Position numbers and translations under genes: made by a program
Assembly: GCA_964291655.2 (NCBI GenBank)
Contig: OZ219802.1
Location: forward strand, 2,304,001-2,368,000
DNA from: Chloroflexota bacterium
GTDB taxonomy: Bacteria; Chloroflexota; UBA11872; VXOZ01
Direction: 5' to 3'
DNA: 64,000 nt
In this document: piece by piece, positions 20,105 to 29,319 of the stretch
How positions within the stretch are numbered: position 1 is the first letter of the stretch
Layout of the letters: every line of letters starts with the position of its first letter
The notes under the pieces: model-generated
Told to the model about the DNA's origin: nothing
Database searches by the model: none
What the model saw: only the letters and a program-made list of their open reading frames with translations

Positions 20105-20394
20105 GATGAATTCCTTGGCGCTGTGGCGGCTGCAGATCCTTCATCCGTTGGGAGCGCGACCTAATCTAGTTTCTTGAACAGGAAGGCTACGTCAAGAACG
20201 ACCGGTCTCTGTTGTCGTAATCGTCGCATGCACCTCCATTGTCACCTCTCCGCGAGTGGGTGTCCAGGCACAGCAAGGACAAGCAGCTTGGTTTGCCGGC
20301 AAACGAGGCGCGGCGCAGCCACAAGGCGCAATAATAGCATGGGTTTCAACACTCTAGTCTACAAATCCGCAAGTCCACAGTATACTCAGGGTGG

Positions 20395-20970
20395 ATGCCA
20401 AACTTCGCTCAGAGGATTCCCTTGGCGGAACGTCCTCCCGGTGCCATTCACAAGGACGCGCTTTTGAATGCTTTGAAGGACTCAACTGAAGATAACTCAA
20501 GAAGCGGCGCGCCAGGCGATTCCGCGAACGCGCACGATGACATGCTGGAAGTGTCGCTGCGGATTGCAGCCTCACCGCAGCGCGTATTTGCACTGCTGAC
20601 CGATCCCAATGCCATCAGCCTTTGGTTTGCGCAGGTATCCGGCATCGAGCCGCATCCGGGTGGCGCGGTGGAGTTCGTGTTTTTCAACGAGAACGGCTCG
20701 GTTAGCGTATTCTCAGGGGAGGTCACGGCGTTTGAAGCTAACGCCCGCTTTGGATTCACGTGGCATAACCGGCAATGGACGTTTCCGCCGCTCCACGTGC
20801 TCTTTACCCTGGAACGCGTCGGCAGTGATACGGCATTGCGCTTGCAACAGACCGGTTTCGCGCAGGCGCCGCCTCTCGAACGCGACATTCATGACGAAGG
20901 CTGGGCGCGCTATTTGGAACGGCTGGCGGCGGTTGCCGACGGTTCGCGACCGGAAGGATGGCAGGCATGA
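20395..20970 (+). CDS. SRPBCC/AHSA1 domain protein
   Basis: IAASPQRVF.LLTDP..I..W, GW..YLERL. True start may be downstream, about 20542. Confidence 0.8.
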   Translation: MPNFAQRIPLAERPPGAIHKDALLNALKDSTEDNSRSGAPGDSANAHDDMLEVSLRIAASPQRVFALLTDPNAISLWFAQVSGIEPHPGGAVEFVFFNENGSVSVFSGEVTAFEANARFGFTWHNRQWTFPPLHVLFTLERVGSDTALRLQQTGFAQAPPLERDIHDEGWARYLERLAAVADGSRPEGWQA

Positions 20971-21413
20971 CGGATAAGTGGGGCAAGCTGGTTGAGGAAC
21001 GACTGCAGGCGGCCTTTGCAGAGGGCAAGTTTGCAGACTTGCCCGGCAAGGGCAAGCCCCTGAACTTGGAGGAAGACCCGCTGGCGGATCCTGCGTTGTG
21101 GATGGCTCGTCACATTTTGCGCAACAGCGGCATGAGCCTACCGTGGGTTGAAGATCGCCGGCGGATTGAAAAGCTCTGCGCTGAGGCCGCTGCAGAGTTG
21201 GCGCGGGCATGGTCTATGCACGGTGCCTGCGAGAAAGCAGAACACCGAGGCTCTGCGGCAAAATCACGCTGGCAGGAAGCAATGGCGGAATATCGCGAGC
21301 GAGTTTCCGCGCTCAACAAGCGCATTCGCACCTACAACCTTTCCGTCCCTCACGTGCGCTTTCAACGCAGCCTCATCGAGGCGGAGCGCGAGATTGCGCG
21401 GGTGCGTCGATAA
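20967..21413 (+). CDS. DUF1992 (DnaJ C28-like) protein
   Basis: VEERLQAA..EG.F.DLPGKGKPL, ILRNSG..LPWVE. ATGA overlap with upstream gene. Confidence 0.85.
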   Translation: MTDKWGKLVEERLQAAFAEGKFADLPGKGKPLNLEEDPLADPALWMARHILRNSGMSLPWVEDRRRIEKLCAEAAAELARAWSMHGACEKAEHRGSAAKSRWQEAMAEYRERVSALNKRIRTYNLSVPHVRFQRSLIEAEREIARVRR

Positions 21414-21519
21414 ACATCGTACAACGTGTAATCATTTATGTACTACTTAACTAAGTTATGATACAATATAAAGTGCATTCATGGTGTAATTGGACAGGAT
21501 TAGTGCTAGGGGGCTCGGT

Positions 21520-21900
21520 TTGGCTAGGCAAGTCAACGGCAGAAATCGCAATGTGGAAGTATACGTGCGAATCAGCCGTCAATTCATGCGCCAAGCGGAT
21601 GAGGAATTCGCCAAGGGCGATAGACTTCAAGCCTCAGAGAAGGCCTGGGGCGCGGCGGCGCATGCGGTAAAGGCCGTAGCTCAAAAACGAGGCTGGCGGC
21701 ACGACGGTCATCGCTATCTCTTTGAAGCAGTTGACAGCATTTACCGTGAAACGGGCGACCCCGAGTTGCGAGGCCTATTCGGCAGGGCCAATTCCTTGCA
21801 CATGAATTTCTACGAGGACTGGCAATCCGATGAATTCGTGCAAGATGGAATCGAGCGGGTGAAGGTTCTGCTAGAGAAACTGGAGCCGCTGGTAGCGTGA
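21520..21900 (+). CDS. PaREP1 family (HEPN-like) protein, copy 1
   Basis: GDRLQASEKAWGAAAHAVKA, ANSLH.NFYE. TTG start aligned to copies 2 and 3. Confidence 0.85.
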   Translation: MARQVNGRNRNVEVYVRISRQFMRQADEEFAKGDRLQASEKAWGAAAHAVKAVAQKRGWRHDGHRYLFEAVDSIYRETGDPELRGLFGRANSLHMNFYEDWQSDEFVQDGIERVKVLLEKLEPLVA

Positions 21901-21984
21901 CATGCTGAAGGCGATAGGCGTGCTGTAGTGCAACGCGTAGCTATTCACGACGAAAAGAACAGCAGTCAGAACACGGGGTACATA

Positions 21985-22365
21985 GTGGCGAGAGAAGTCA
22001 ATTACAGAGATCCCAAGGTAGAAGAGCACCTGCGCATCAGCCGCCAATTCCTGCGCCAAGCGGAAGAAGAATTCGCCACAGGCGACCGGCTCCAAGCCTC
22101 AGAGAAGGCCTGGGGCGCGGCTGCGCACGCGGTGAAAGCCGTGGCTCAGCACCGTGGCTGGCAGCACGACGGGCATCGCTTTCTCTTCGAGGCAATCGAC
22201 AAGATCTATTGCGAGACGAGGGACTCGGAATATCTTGCTCTTTTTGGATTGGCCAATTCGTTGCACACGAACTTCTATGAGAATTGGCAAACGGACAATC
22301 AAGTCCAAGACGGGATCAAGCGTGTAGAGGTGCTGTTGGAGAAGCTGGAGCCACTGGTAACGTGA
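21985..22365 (+). CDS. PaREP1 family protein, copy 2
   Basis: Same motifs, 381 nt from GTG. Confidence 0.85.
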   Translation: MAREVNYRDPKVEEHLRISRQFLRQAEEEFATGDRLQASEKAWGAAAHAVKAVAQHRGWQHDGHRFLFEAIDKIYCETRDSEYLALFGLANSLHTNFYENWQTDNQVQDGIKRVEVLLEKLEPLVT

Positions 22366-22447
22366 AACCATCCAAGGGCGTGCTGTAGTGCCACGTGTAG
22401 CTAGTCACGACGAATAGAAGAGCAGCAGCCAGAATACGGAGAACATG

Positions 22448-22828
22448 GTGGCGAGAGAAGTCAATTACAGAGATTGCAAGGTAGAAGAACACCTGCGCAT
22501 CAGCCGCCAATTCCTGTGCCAAGCTGAGGGAGAGTTTGCGCAAGGCGACAGGCTTCAGGCCTCGGAGAAGGCCTGGGGCGCCGCCGCACATGCGGTGAAA
22601 GCCGTGGCTCAGCACCGTGGCTGGCAGCACGACGGACACCGGTATCTCTTTGATGCGGTCGATAGAATATACCGCGAGACGGAAGACGCTGAGCTTCGTG
22701 ACCTATTCAGAATTGCCAATTCGCTGCATACGAACTTCTACGAGAATTGGCAATCGGAAGACTTAGTCCAGGACGGGATCAAGCGCGTAGAGGTACTGCT
22801 GAAAAGGCTGGAGCCGCTGGTAGCTTGA
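22448..22828 (+). CDS. PaREP1 family protein, copy 3
   Basis: Same motifs, 381 nt from GTG (or ATG 22445). Confidence 0.85.
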   Translation: MAREVNYRDCKVEEHLRISRQFLCQAEGEFAQGDRLQASEKAWGAAAHAVKAVAQHRGWQHDGHRYLFDAVDRIYRETEDAELRDLFRIANSLHTNFYENWQSEDLVQDGIKRVEVLLKRLEPLVA

Positions 22829-22913
22829 ACTTGCGCAAACTATTCGTGGGGCAGATTGACTTCCCGCCCTCACGGCTCGCCGGCTGTCGACGAGCCCTCA
22901 TCGAGTATGCGCA

Positions 22914-24284
22914 CTACATTAGCACCCCCGGCAAGGCGTTGGCGACGGCGCGGGTGGCGCGTTCGGTAGCGGCGGCGACGTCGAGTTCATCGGTGTAGAG
23001 CGGCTCGATGAGGTTTCTGGTGAGCAGCGTGCCTACCTCCGTCCAGGGCAACGTCGTCGTACCCAGCCCATTGCGCAGCGCCTCCAAGACCACCGGCACG
23101 CGATCTTCGACCATCGCGAGCTCCGGCCGTTCGCCGGAGGGGTTTTCAACGTGTTTAAGGGCGGGAATCCAAGCCGGCACCATCGAGCGCAACGCCACGT
23201 AGGGCGCGAGCGCCTTGATGGCCTCGTAGGCCAACTCGGTTTGCACCGACTTGCCGTGAATGCCCATGACGTCCATCACGTAGAGCGAGCTGTTAGCGTT
23301 GCCGGCAAAGGACGGCGAGTGCTGCACTTTCCAGCCGCCGCCGATATTTTCGCCGGAATAGACCATGGCGTGATGTAATGCTGCCCGCTTGCGCGGCGCC
23401 AAGCGCGTCATGTCAAAGAAGGACATGTCCGCGCCCGTCGGCATAATGCGGTGCGTGTAGGCTAGATCCCGCCACCACTGGAGCGCCGCACGGGTCTTAT
23501 CGGAATTGAGGCTCAGCCGACCCTCCTCCATGTTCAGCACGCCCCCGCCGGACTGGGCCATGAGGTGCGCCCACAGTGCCGAGTGAAGGCCCTCGCCAAT
23601 GGCCCACCAGTCGTCCTTGTTGCGCGCACGCGCCGCGGTCATGAAATCTTGTCCCAGCGCTACGAGGTCATTCCAGGTCCATTTCTCGGGAGGTGGCGGC
23701 AGGTCGGTATCGTCAAACCGGTCCGGCCTCCAGGCCATCACGCCGGCGCCCAACACCGTTGGCACCGCTTGGATGCGCCCCCCGAATGTCGTGGCGTCCA
23801 CGGCTGGGGGCACAAACTCGTTAAGAAAGCCCGGGTCGCGCTGTATATAATCGTTGAGCGGTGCAAAGAACGGGCTGGCAATGCCGGGCAGTGTGAAGAT
23901 GCCGCCGGTGAGCATGGCAACGTCCGCCGGACGTCCGGCAGCGGCCTCGGCGTCTATGCCGCGGCGAAAATACGTCCACGTCGGCGGGCTGCCACTGGCC
24001 GTGACGCCGCCGTCTTCGCGTACCTTAACTATCTGCAAAGAGATGCGAAATCGCTCACTAGGGCCGGCAGGATCGATTTCGCCGCCGTTCCAGGCCTGGA
24101 TGGCACGGATGAGGTTGGTGGCAGAGATGAGGGTAATATTCGGCGCGACCACGTGTACCGTCGGCACGTTGGCCTCGCCGCCAGGTCGGATGGAATCCGG
24201 CAGACTGTTGCCACATGCCGCCAGCAGCGGTACTGCCGGCAGCGATATTACCGCCTTCAGAAACCTCCGACGTGATACGTTCAT
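22914..24284 (-). CDS. Extracellular solute-binding lipoprotein, Tat signal
   Basis: SRRRFLK..LLAACG, APLNDYI, PP..WTWNDL. Confidence 0.8.
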   Translation of the reverse strand: MNVSRRRFLKAVISLPAVPLLAACGNSLPDSIRPGGEANVPTVHVVAPNITLISATNLIRAIQAWNGGEIDPAGPSERFRISLQIVKVREDGGVTASGSPPTWTYFRRGIDAEAAAGRPADVAMLTGGIFTLPGIASPFFAPLNDYIQRDPGFLNEFVPPAVDATTFGGRIQAVPTVLGAGVMAWRPDRFDDTDLPPPPEKWTWNDLVALGQDFMTAARARNKDDWWAIGEGLHSALWAHLMAQSGGGVLNMEEGRLSLNSDKTRAALQWWRDLAYTHRIMPTGADMSFFDMTRLAPRKRAALHHAMVYSGENIGGGWKVQHSPSFAGNANSSLYVMDVMGIHGKSVQTELAYEAIKALAPYVALRSMVPAWIPALKHVENPSGERPELAMVEDRVPVVLEALRNGLGTTTLPWTEVGTLLTRNLIEPLYTDELDVAAATERATRAVANALPGVLM

Positions 24285-24369
24285 CGCGTTTCAACCAGCA
24301 CTATGTTGGCACTCCCCACTCATCTCTATTCTAAACCTTACTAAGGCACTAAGAAACACGCCTCTTCCA

Positions 24370-24570
24370 ACCCGTTGCTCCCGGCGAACGGAGCAGGATG
24401 CGTGCGCCATCGTACAGTAGATCACCGGGTCTGTGCCGTTGAAGATGGCGGTGATGTGCGGCAGGTAACCCATAGCTGAAAAAATGCCCGCGCGTTGGAT
24501 CACGAGCGACAGTTTGACCGCCGGATTCCTCAAGGTGGCGTCCAGGTTGTAGCCCGGGGAGCTTGCATCC
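24370..24570 (-). pseudogene. Probable gene remnant of unknown family
   Basis: Coding-like GC3-rich stretch PGYNLDATLRNP..GYLPHITAIFNGTDPVIY with no good start, abutting a REP cluster. Confidence 0.3.
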
Positions 24571-24574
24571 TTCT

Positions 24575-24895
24575 CACCCTAAAGAGACCCTTGCCGCCAA
24601 CCGATTAGACCCACTCTCCCTGGGGAGACCCTTGCATAGCCCTTACCGAGGCGAGAAATTCACCTCCCGGCGCAAGAGGGTAAGGGCCTGCCCCGTACTC
24701 GATACGGGGGTGAGGGGACTCCCCGCAATCCGGGCTAATTTCACTGATCGTACACACAAACATATAGGTATTTGAGCCTTAAAGGACAGGATAGGCAGGA
24801 ATCCCCTCACCCCAGCCCACTCCCCAAGGCGAGGGGGTAGTTCTAGCGCCGCTGGCCGAGGTTCGGCAAAGTTCTCCTGGGAGAGAGGGGAATTT
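24575..24895. repeat. Cluster of CCCTCACCCC..CTCTCC-type palindromes and IS-end-like motifs
   Basis: Same family at 32566-32601, 36310-36340, 39180-39266, 39357-39381, 39720-39747 and 58889-58906. Confidence 0.7.
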
Positions 24896-24958
24896 GTGCC
24901 GAGAACCAGATTAAGCAATTGTTCACTTGGTGAAACACTGCGTGCTTTAACGGAACGG

Positions 24959-25783
24959 CTACATTTGCACGACCAAGCCATCGTACGCGGGCTCGATGCC
25001 GTGCGGCGCAAAGAACTCCACACACTCCAGATAGGGTGGCGTGCGGTTGTGGGAGAAGTGCGTGGCGAAACGGCGTGCCCCGGGACGCAGCAAGCCCTCA
25101 TCTTCCAGCCTTTGATGGTGTTCGGCGCACTGCTGCATAGAGAGATGGTGCGTGCCCGGCGGTCCGATGCCCATAGTCGATTCGATGACTGCGCAGTCGA
25201 AACGGAATGCTTGGAGTTGCCGCCAAGTTTCATCGGGGAAAGGGCCGGTGTCAGATGCGTAGAGTAGCGTGCGGTCACCCTCTTCGATGGCAAAGAACAC
25301 CGGTATGAGTTCCTCTGCGTGTGCCGCCGGAAAAGCCGTGACCCGGTAGCGCCCGGTCTGCCAGGAATCACCGGGTTGGATGGTGTTGAGCCGCAGGTGA
25401 AACTCCTCTTCGGAGAGATTGCGCGCTGAGGCCTCAGCTTTCGTCGCTTCCGTCGTGGGAAGAGTGCCAAAGACTTCCATCTGCGCGGGTGTCGTAGCAC
25501 AGAAGTTGCTCCGACGCATGTAGAGATTGGGCAGGTGAAAGTGGTCGCCGTGGGCATGGGTGATGAGCAAGGTGGCAACGCGGCCGAAGTTCGCGCCGGT
25601 AGCGTGCATACCGGCCAAGAAATCGGGGCCGATATCTATCAGGAGGTCGTCATTCACCATAAGCGCCGAGCGCCGCCGCAGGTTACGTCCGCCGCGCGCC
25701 CGCGCGGCAGTACAATGCGCGCATTCGCAAAAAAGCGCCGGATAGCCTTCAGCAGCTCCTGTACCGAGGAAGAGTATGCGCAT
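24959..25783 (-). CDS. MBL-fold hydrolase (PhnP-like)
   Basis: LGTGAAEG.P..FCECAHC, THAHGDH, YASDTG, THFSH. Confidence 0.9.
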   Translation of the reverse strand: MRILFLGTGAAEGYPALFCECAHCTAARARGGRNLRRRSALMVNDDLLIDIGPDFLAGMHATGANFGRVATLLITHAHGDHFHLPNLYMRRSNFCATTPAQMEVFGTLPTTEATKAEASARNLSEEEFHLRLNTIQPGDSWQTGRYRVTAFPAAHAEELIPVFFAIEEGDRTLLYASDTGPFPDETWRQLQAFRFDCAVIESTMGIGPPGTHHLSMQQCAEHHQRLEDEGLLRPGARRFATHFSHNRTPPYLECVEFFAPHGIEPAYDGLVVQM

Positions 25784-25792
25784 TTGGTTGCC

Positions 25793-26596
25793 TCACCGGT
25801 TCATTTCACGGAGAATGTGCGCCAGTTCGGGAATGAGTATCTCGTTCAGCGCCAGACGCACGGCGCCGGACGAGCCGGGACAGCAGACGACGAATTTGTT
25901 GCCGATACGGCCGGCAGTGGCACGGCTGAGAATGGTCGCGGCGCCGATTTCCTCGTAACTCAAGATGCGGAAGAGCTCGCCGAAGCCGGTGAGTTCCTTC
26001 TCCAGCAGCGACTGCACGGTCTCGACCGTGATATCCCGCGTGCCCGGACCTGTGCCGCCGGTGAGCATCACGAAGCGCGCCCGGCTTGCCAGCATGTGGG
26101 TGAGCGCCTGCGTAATCTGCTGGGCATTATTCTTGACCAACCGGTAACCGACAATCTCGTGGCCGGCCTCCTGCAGCATGGATTGGATGATCGCGCCGGA
26201 CTTGTCGTCGAGCTCCGTGCGCGTGTCGCTGACCGTGATTACCGCGCACTCTATGGTGGGAAACTGCTGCGCGCCGGCCTGGCGATGCTCATCGGGGGAC
26301 GACGTTGCAGCGGCCGCGCCGTGTTCGTGGGCGTCATGGGCGTGCTCTTCTGCTTTAGCCCCATGCTGGCGCTCGTCGTGGGCGTGGGCCTCGCCTTCTC
26401 CGGCATGGCCGTGGTCGTCGGCATGGCCACCCTCACCCGTTTGGGCGTGTGCCTCATCTTGCAGGCGTGCCGCTGCTTCCGCCTCATTGTCATCGGCCTC
26501 GCACGGCGGCGGTCGATGCGGCTGCCGGGAGATTATCGAGCGCCCCTGATGATGCTCGTGGTCATGGTCGTGTTCGTGAGTCTGCTCATTGTTCAT
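25793..26596 (-). CDS. moaB: MogA/MoaB molybdopterin adenylyltransferase with His-rich N-terminal extension
   Basis: VITVSD, DKSG, TGGTG..RDITVE, SRATAG, PGS. MogA versus MoaB not resolved. Confidence 0.88.
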   Translation of the reverse strand: MNNEQTHEHDHDHEHHQGRSIISRQPHRPPPCEADDNEAEAAARLQDEAHAQTGEGGHADDHGHAGEGEAHAHDERQHGAKAEEHAHDAHEHGAAAATSSPDEHRQAGAQQFPTIECAVITVSDTRTELDDKSGAIIQSMLQEAGHEIVGYRLVKNNAQQITQALTHMLASRARFVMLTGGTGPGTRDITVETVQSLLEKELTGFGELFRILSYEEIGAATILSRATAGRIGNKFVVCCPGSSGAVRLALNEILIPELAHILREMNR

Positions 26597-26846
26597 GTTG
26601 CTAGACCTCCAATTTCCCCGGTGGTGCCGTGATCACTCTTCGTCGGTGCGCGGGAGTTTGCGCCAATTCATTGAACGTGCAGCCTGCCCAACATTAGTGA
26701 GGGGGCGACTGTCTCAAAGATTGGCCTTCAACCTGTGAATTTGCTTTTCGCCAGCACATACTATTGTACCGCGAATACCGTGCCTTGCAGGAGTGCTTGG
26801 AAGCGTTCCCCGCATGAAGTTCAGAAGCTCGTATGGCAATGCTTGA

Positions 26847-27066
26847 CCGTTCGTGCTGAGCTTGTCGAAGTACGAACGGTCAAGCTCCTCACTGGTTCTG
26901 ATGGTTGTTCTAATGTCTTCAATCGGCGCAGTAATAGTCGTCAAACGTAGTATAGCCAGGTGCCGCAAGAAGCATTCCGCATAGAACCCAGATTCAACCA
27001 AGTCTTCCGCTCAGCCTTCGACAAGCTCAGGCCGAACGGAATTCGACAAGCTCAGGCCGAACGGAA
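26847..27066. repeat. CTTCGACAAGCTCAG-type palindromic repeats including a tandem pair
   Basis: TTCGACAAGCTCAGGCCGAACGGAA twice at about 27017-27066, inverse copy at about 26847-26879, related copy near 29190. Confidence 0.7.
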
Positions 27067-27163
27067 AGAGTGCCAATCTTACGGACGGACGAGTGTGCGC
27101 ACCGTGCGGGCAAGGAAAACCCACATTGATCCGCCTGCCCGTGCAGCCTCTGCCTGGAAAAGT

Positions 27164-27760
27164 CTACCCCACAAACCCCTGTAGGAAGGGATTGCCGGCA
27201 CGCTCTGCGCCGACGGTTGTGGGGTCGCCGTGGCCGGGGAGTACGCGGGTCGCGTCCGGCAGCGGCAGGATCTTTTCTGCAATGACCTTTAGCAGCAGTT
27301 CACCGTCGCTATCCTCGAAGTCGCTCCTGCCTACCGAGCCGGCAAACAGCGTATCGCCCGCAAATAGGTGGTCCTCCACCAGGAAGCACATCCCGCCTGC
27401 GGAATGGCCGGGCGTGTGCAGTGTCCGGATGGTAAGGCCGCCCAACGCCAATTCCTCGCCGCCCTGCAGCAGCACGTCAGGTTCAATCCCTAGCTGGTCT
27501 TTGAGCAGGGCCGCGTCGGCCTGGTGCAATACGATGGGCGCGCCGGTCTGCTCACGGTAGAATTCATCGCTATCGACGTGGTCGAAGTGGCGATGAGTGT
27601 TGAGAACATAGCGCAGGTTTAGTTGCAGGTCCTGGATGTTCTGTAGCAGATCGTCGCTCTGGATGCCGGGATTGATGATTGCCGCTTCGTTGCTGTGCTC
27701 GTCCCAGAGGAGGTAGACGTTGTTTAGCAGCGGACCCCGGACGAAAGTCTCCACCCTCAT
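27164..27760 (-). CDS. MBL-fold hydrolase (glyoxalase II-like)
   Basis: THRHFDH, HTPGHS, AGDTLF.GS.GR, PGHG. ATGA overlap with tatB. Confidence 0.9.
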   Translation of the reverse strand: MRVETFVRGPLLNNVYLLWDEHSNEAAIINPGIQSDDLLQNIQDLQLNLRYVLNTHRHFDHVDSDEFYREQTGAPIVLHQADAALLKDQLGIEPDVLLQGGEELALGGLTIRTLHTPGHSAGGMCFLVEDHLFAGDTLFAGSVGRSDFEDSDGELLLKVIAEKILPLPDATRVLPGHGDPTTVGAERAGNPFLQGFVG

Positions 27761-29043
27761 TGGGCGGCCTCATTCTTGCCGGAGTCGGCTCTGCCGGGGG
27801 TCTCGGTAGGGGAATCTGCATCGGCATCCACCGACGTTTCAGCAGCCACTGGATCCACCGCGGACGCCTGCTCACTATCGTCGTTCTGGACCGCTAGCTT
27901 GGCCTCATCAACCGCTGCCGCGTCCGGAGCGTCTGTAGCAGCGGGCTCCGGGGAATCCGCATCCTCTGCAGTGGTGCGAAATGCCTGTGCCAAAGTGCTG
28001 AATTCCGATCCTGCAGAGACAGGGTCGACTGCGCTCGCCGCCGCAGCCTGCGGCTCGACGGTCTGCGTAGCGTCTTCGGTAGCAACCACAGCATCCCCGT
28101 TGACCGTGGCGGTGGGTTCTTCTTCCGGCGCCTCTTCAGTGGGCTCCGGCTTGGGCGGTGGCGGTGGTTTGGCAAACACCAACTCGCACCAGGGATCGCC
28201 TGCCGTCAGGTGCGACTCCCACTTCACCTCAGCCGTGCGTTCCTCCAGATATGCCAGGTCATACGCGCCGCACGACCGGCACAGTTCCACGTCATCAGAT
28301 TCAGTAAAGCTAAAGGGACATTGGCGCATGCGCACGCGATAGTCTCTGCCGGTCTCAATAATCTGCAAGCTGCCCTCCGGCAGCGAGTTGCGGTGCATGT
28401 CCGCCCACGTGCGCACCAGCGCCGCAACGTCCTGTTCCTTTTCTGCGTTCCTTTCGGCGGCGCGCGTGCCGAGATCACGGTAGATCGCTGCCTGTTCCAC
28501 CAGCCAGTCTTCGCCAAGCCGCGCCTTAAGGCTGCGCATCAATCCCGCAAAGAGGTCTTGCTGCAGCGGCGAACCGCCGCCGGACTGGCTTCCCTGGGGC
28601 GTCCAGGCAGCGCCGCGTTCGCTCAGGTTGGGGCGTGAGGAGGTCTCGGTGGGAACAGCCGCTGGCGGCGCATTGGCTTCGGCGCCGACCTGGTCCGGTC
28701 GCGTCGCGGCAGCCTCCTTCGCCGTTTCATCGAGATCGCGCTTTATATCGGCACCGGCAGTCTTGACCTCACTCTCAACTTCCTTTACGTCTTTCTCCAC
28801 GTCCTCCGCGGTAGAGCGCACTTCACCTTGAATAGAGGAGATTTCACCACGGATGGCGTCAATGTCTTCCTGCACGTCGCCGAGCTGGTCCTTGAAAGTA
28901 GCGATTGCTTCGCCATAGCTCGAGCGCAGCATGCGGACAACCCCCGAAATTTGACGAATTACCCCCGGCAGGCGGTCCGGTCCCAGGAGGACCAGGCCCA
29001 GCAGGAGGATGATCATAAGTTCCGGCAGGCCGATGTCAAACAT
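27757..29043 (-). CDS. tatB: TatA/B-family translocase subunit fused to a Cys4 V4R/SufR-like domain and an acidic tail
   Basis: MFDIGLPEL..LLGPDRLP N-terminus followed by an amphipathic helix. Internal CPF-x10-C-x2-C-x27-C. Confidence 0.8.
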   Translation of the reverse strand: MFDIGLPELMIILLLGLVLLGPDRLPGVIRQISGVVRMLRSSYGEAIATFKDQLGDVQEDIDAIRGEISSIQGEVRSTAEDVEKDVKEVESEVKTAGADIKRDLDETAKEAAATRPDQVGAEANAPPAAVPTETSSRPNLSERGAAWTPQGSQSGGGSPLQQDLFAGLMRSLKARLGEDWLVEQAAIYRDLGTRAAERNAEKEQDVAALVRTWADMHRNSLPEGSLQIIETGRDYRVRMRQCPFSFTESDDVELCRSCGAYDLAYLEERTAEVKWESHLTAGDPWCELVFAKPPPPPKPEPTEEAPEEEPTATVNGDAVVATEDATQTVEPQAAAASAVDPVSAGSEFSTLAQAFRTTAEDADSPEPAATDAPDAAAVDEAKLAVQNDDSEQASAVDPVAAETSVDADADSPTETPGRADSGKNEAAQ

Positions 29044-29319
29044 ATTTGCTCATTTTCTGCGGCGATTGCTTGTGAATCTGCACAGGGCGCGCACTGCATA
29101 GCGCAGGCCGCGCACCGCTGCTTTGCTTTATTCTATCCCGCACAGCGTGCAGGAGCAAAAGCTGTGCGTAATCCGGCGGTGTGTTCCCTTCGACAGGCTC
29201 AGCACAGGCCTGCCGAAGTGCTCAGGACACGTTTGCTAGCTGCGCCTGGCAGAGGCTGTACGTGCAAACTGTCACACAGTATCATGTGCATTGAGTATAA
29301 AACCAAGGGAGCGTGAACG

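Noticed and set aside
21520-22828. Diversity-generating retroelement template/variable repeats
   Set aside because: Differences are not adenine-specific, many are synonymous, and no reverse transcriptase is in the window
25535-26632. 365-aa plus-strand ORF and similar long antisense ORFs elsewhere (e.g. 24643-25578, 45573-46415, 54665-55552)
   Set aside because: They overlap well-supported genes and have no recognisable motifs, as expected in GC-rich DNA
26597-26800. Moco riboswitch upstream of mogA/moaB
   Set aside because: No match by eye to the conserved Moco motif
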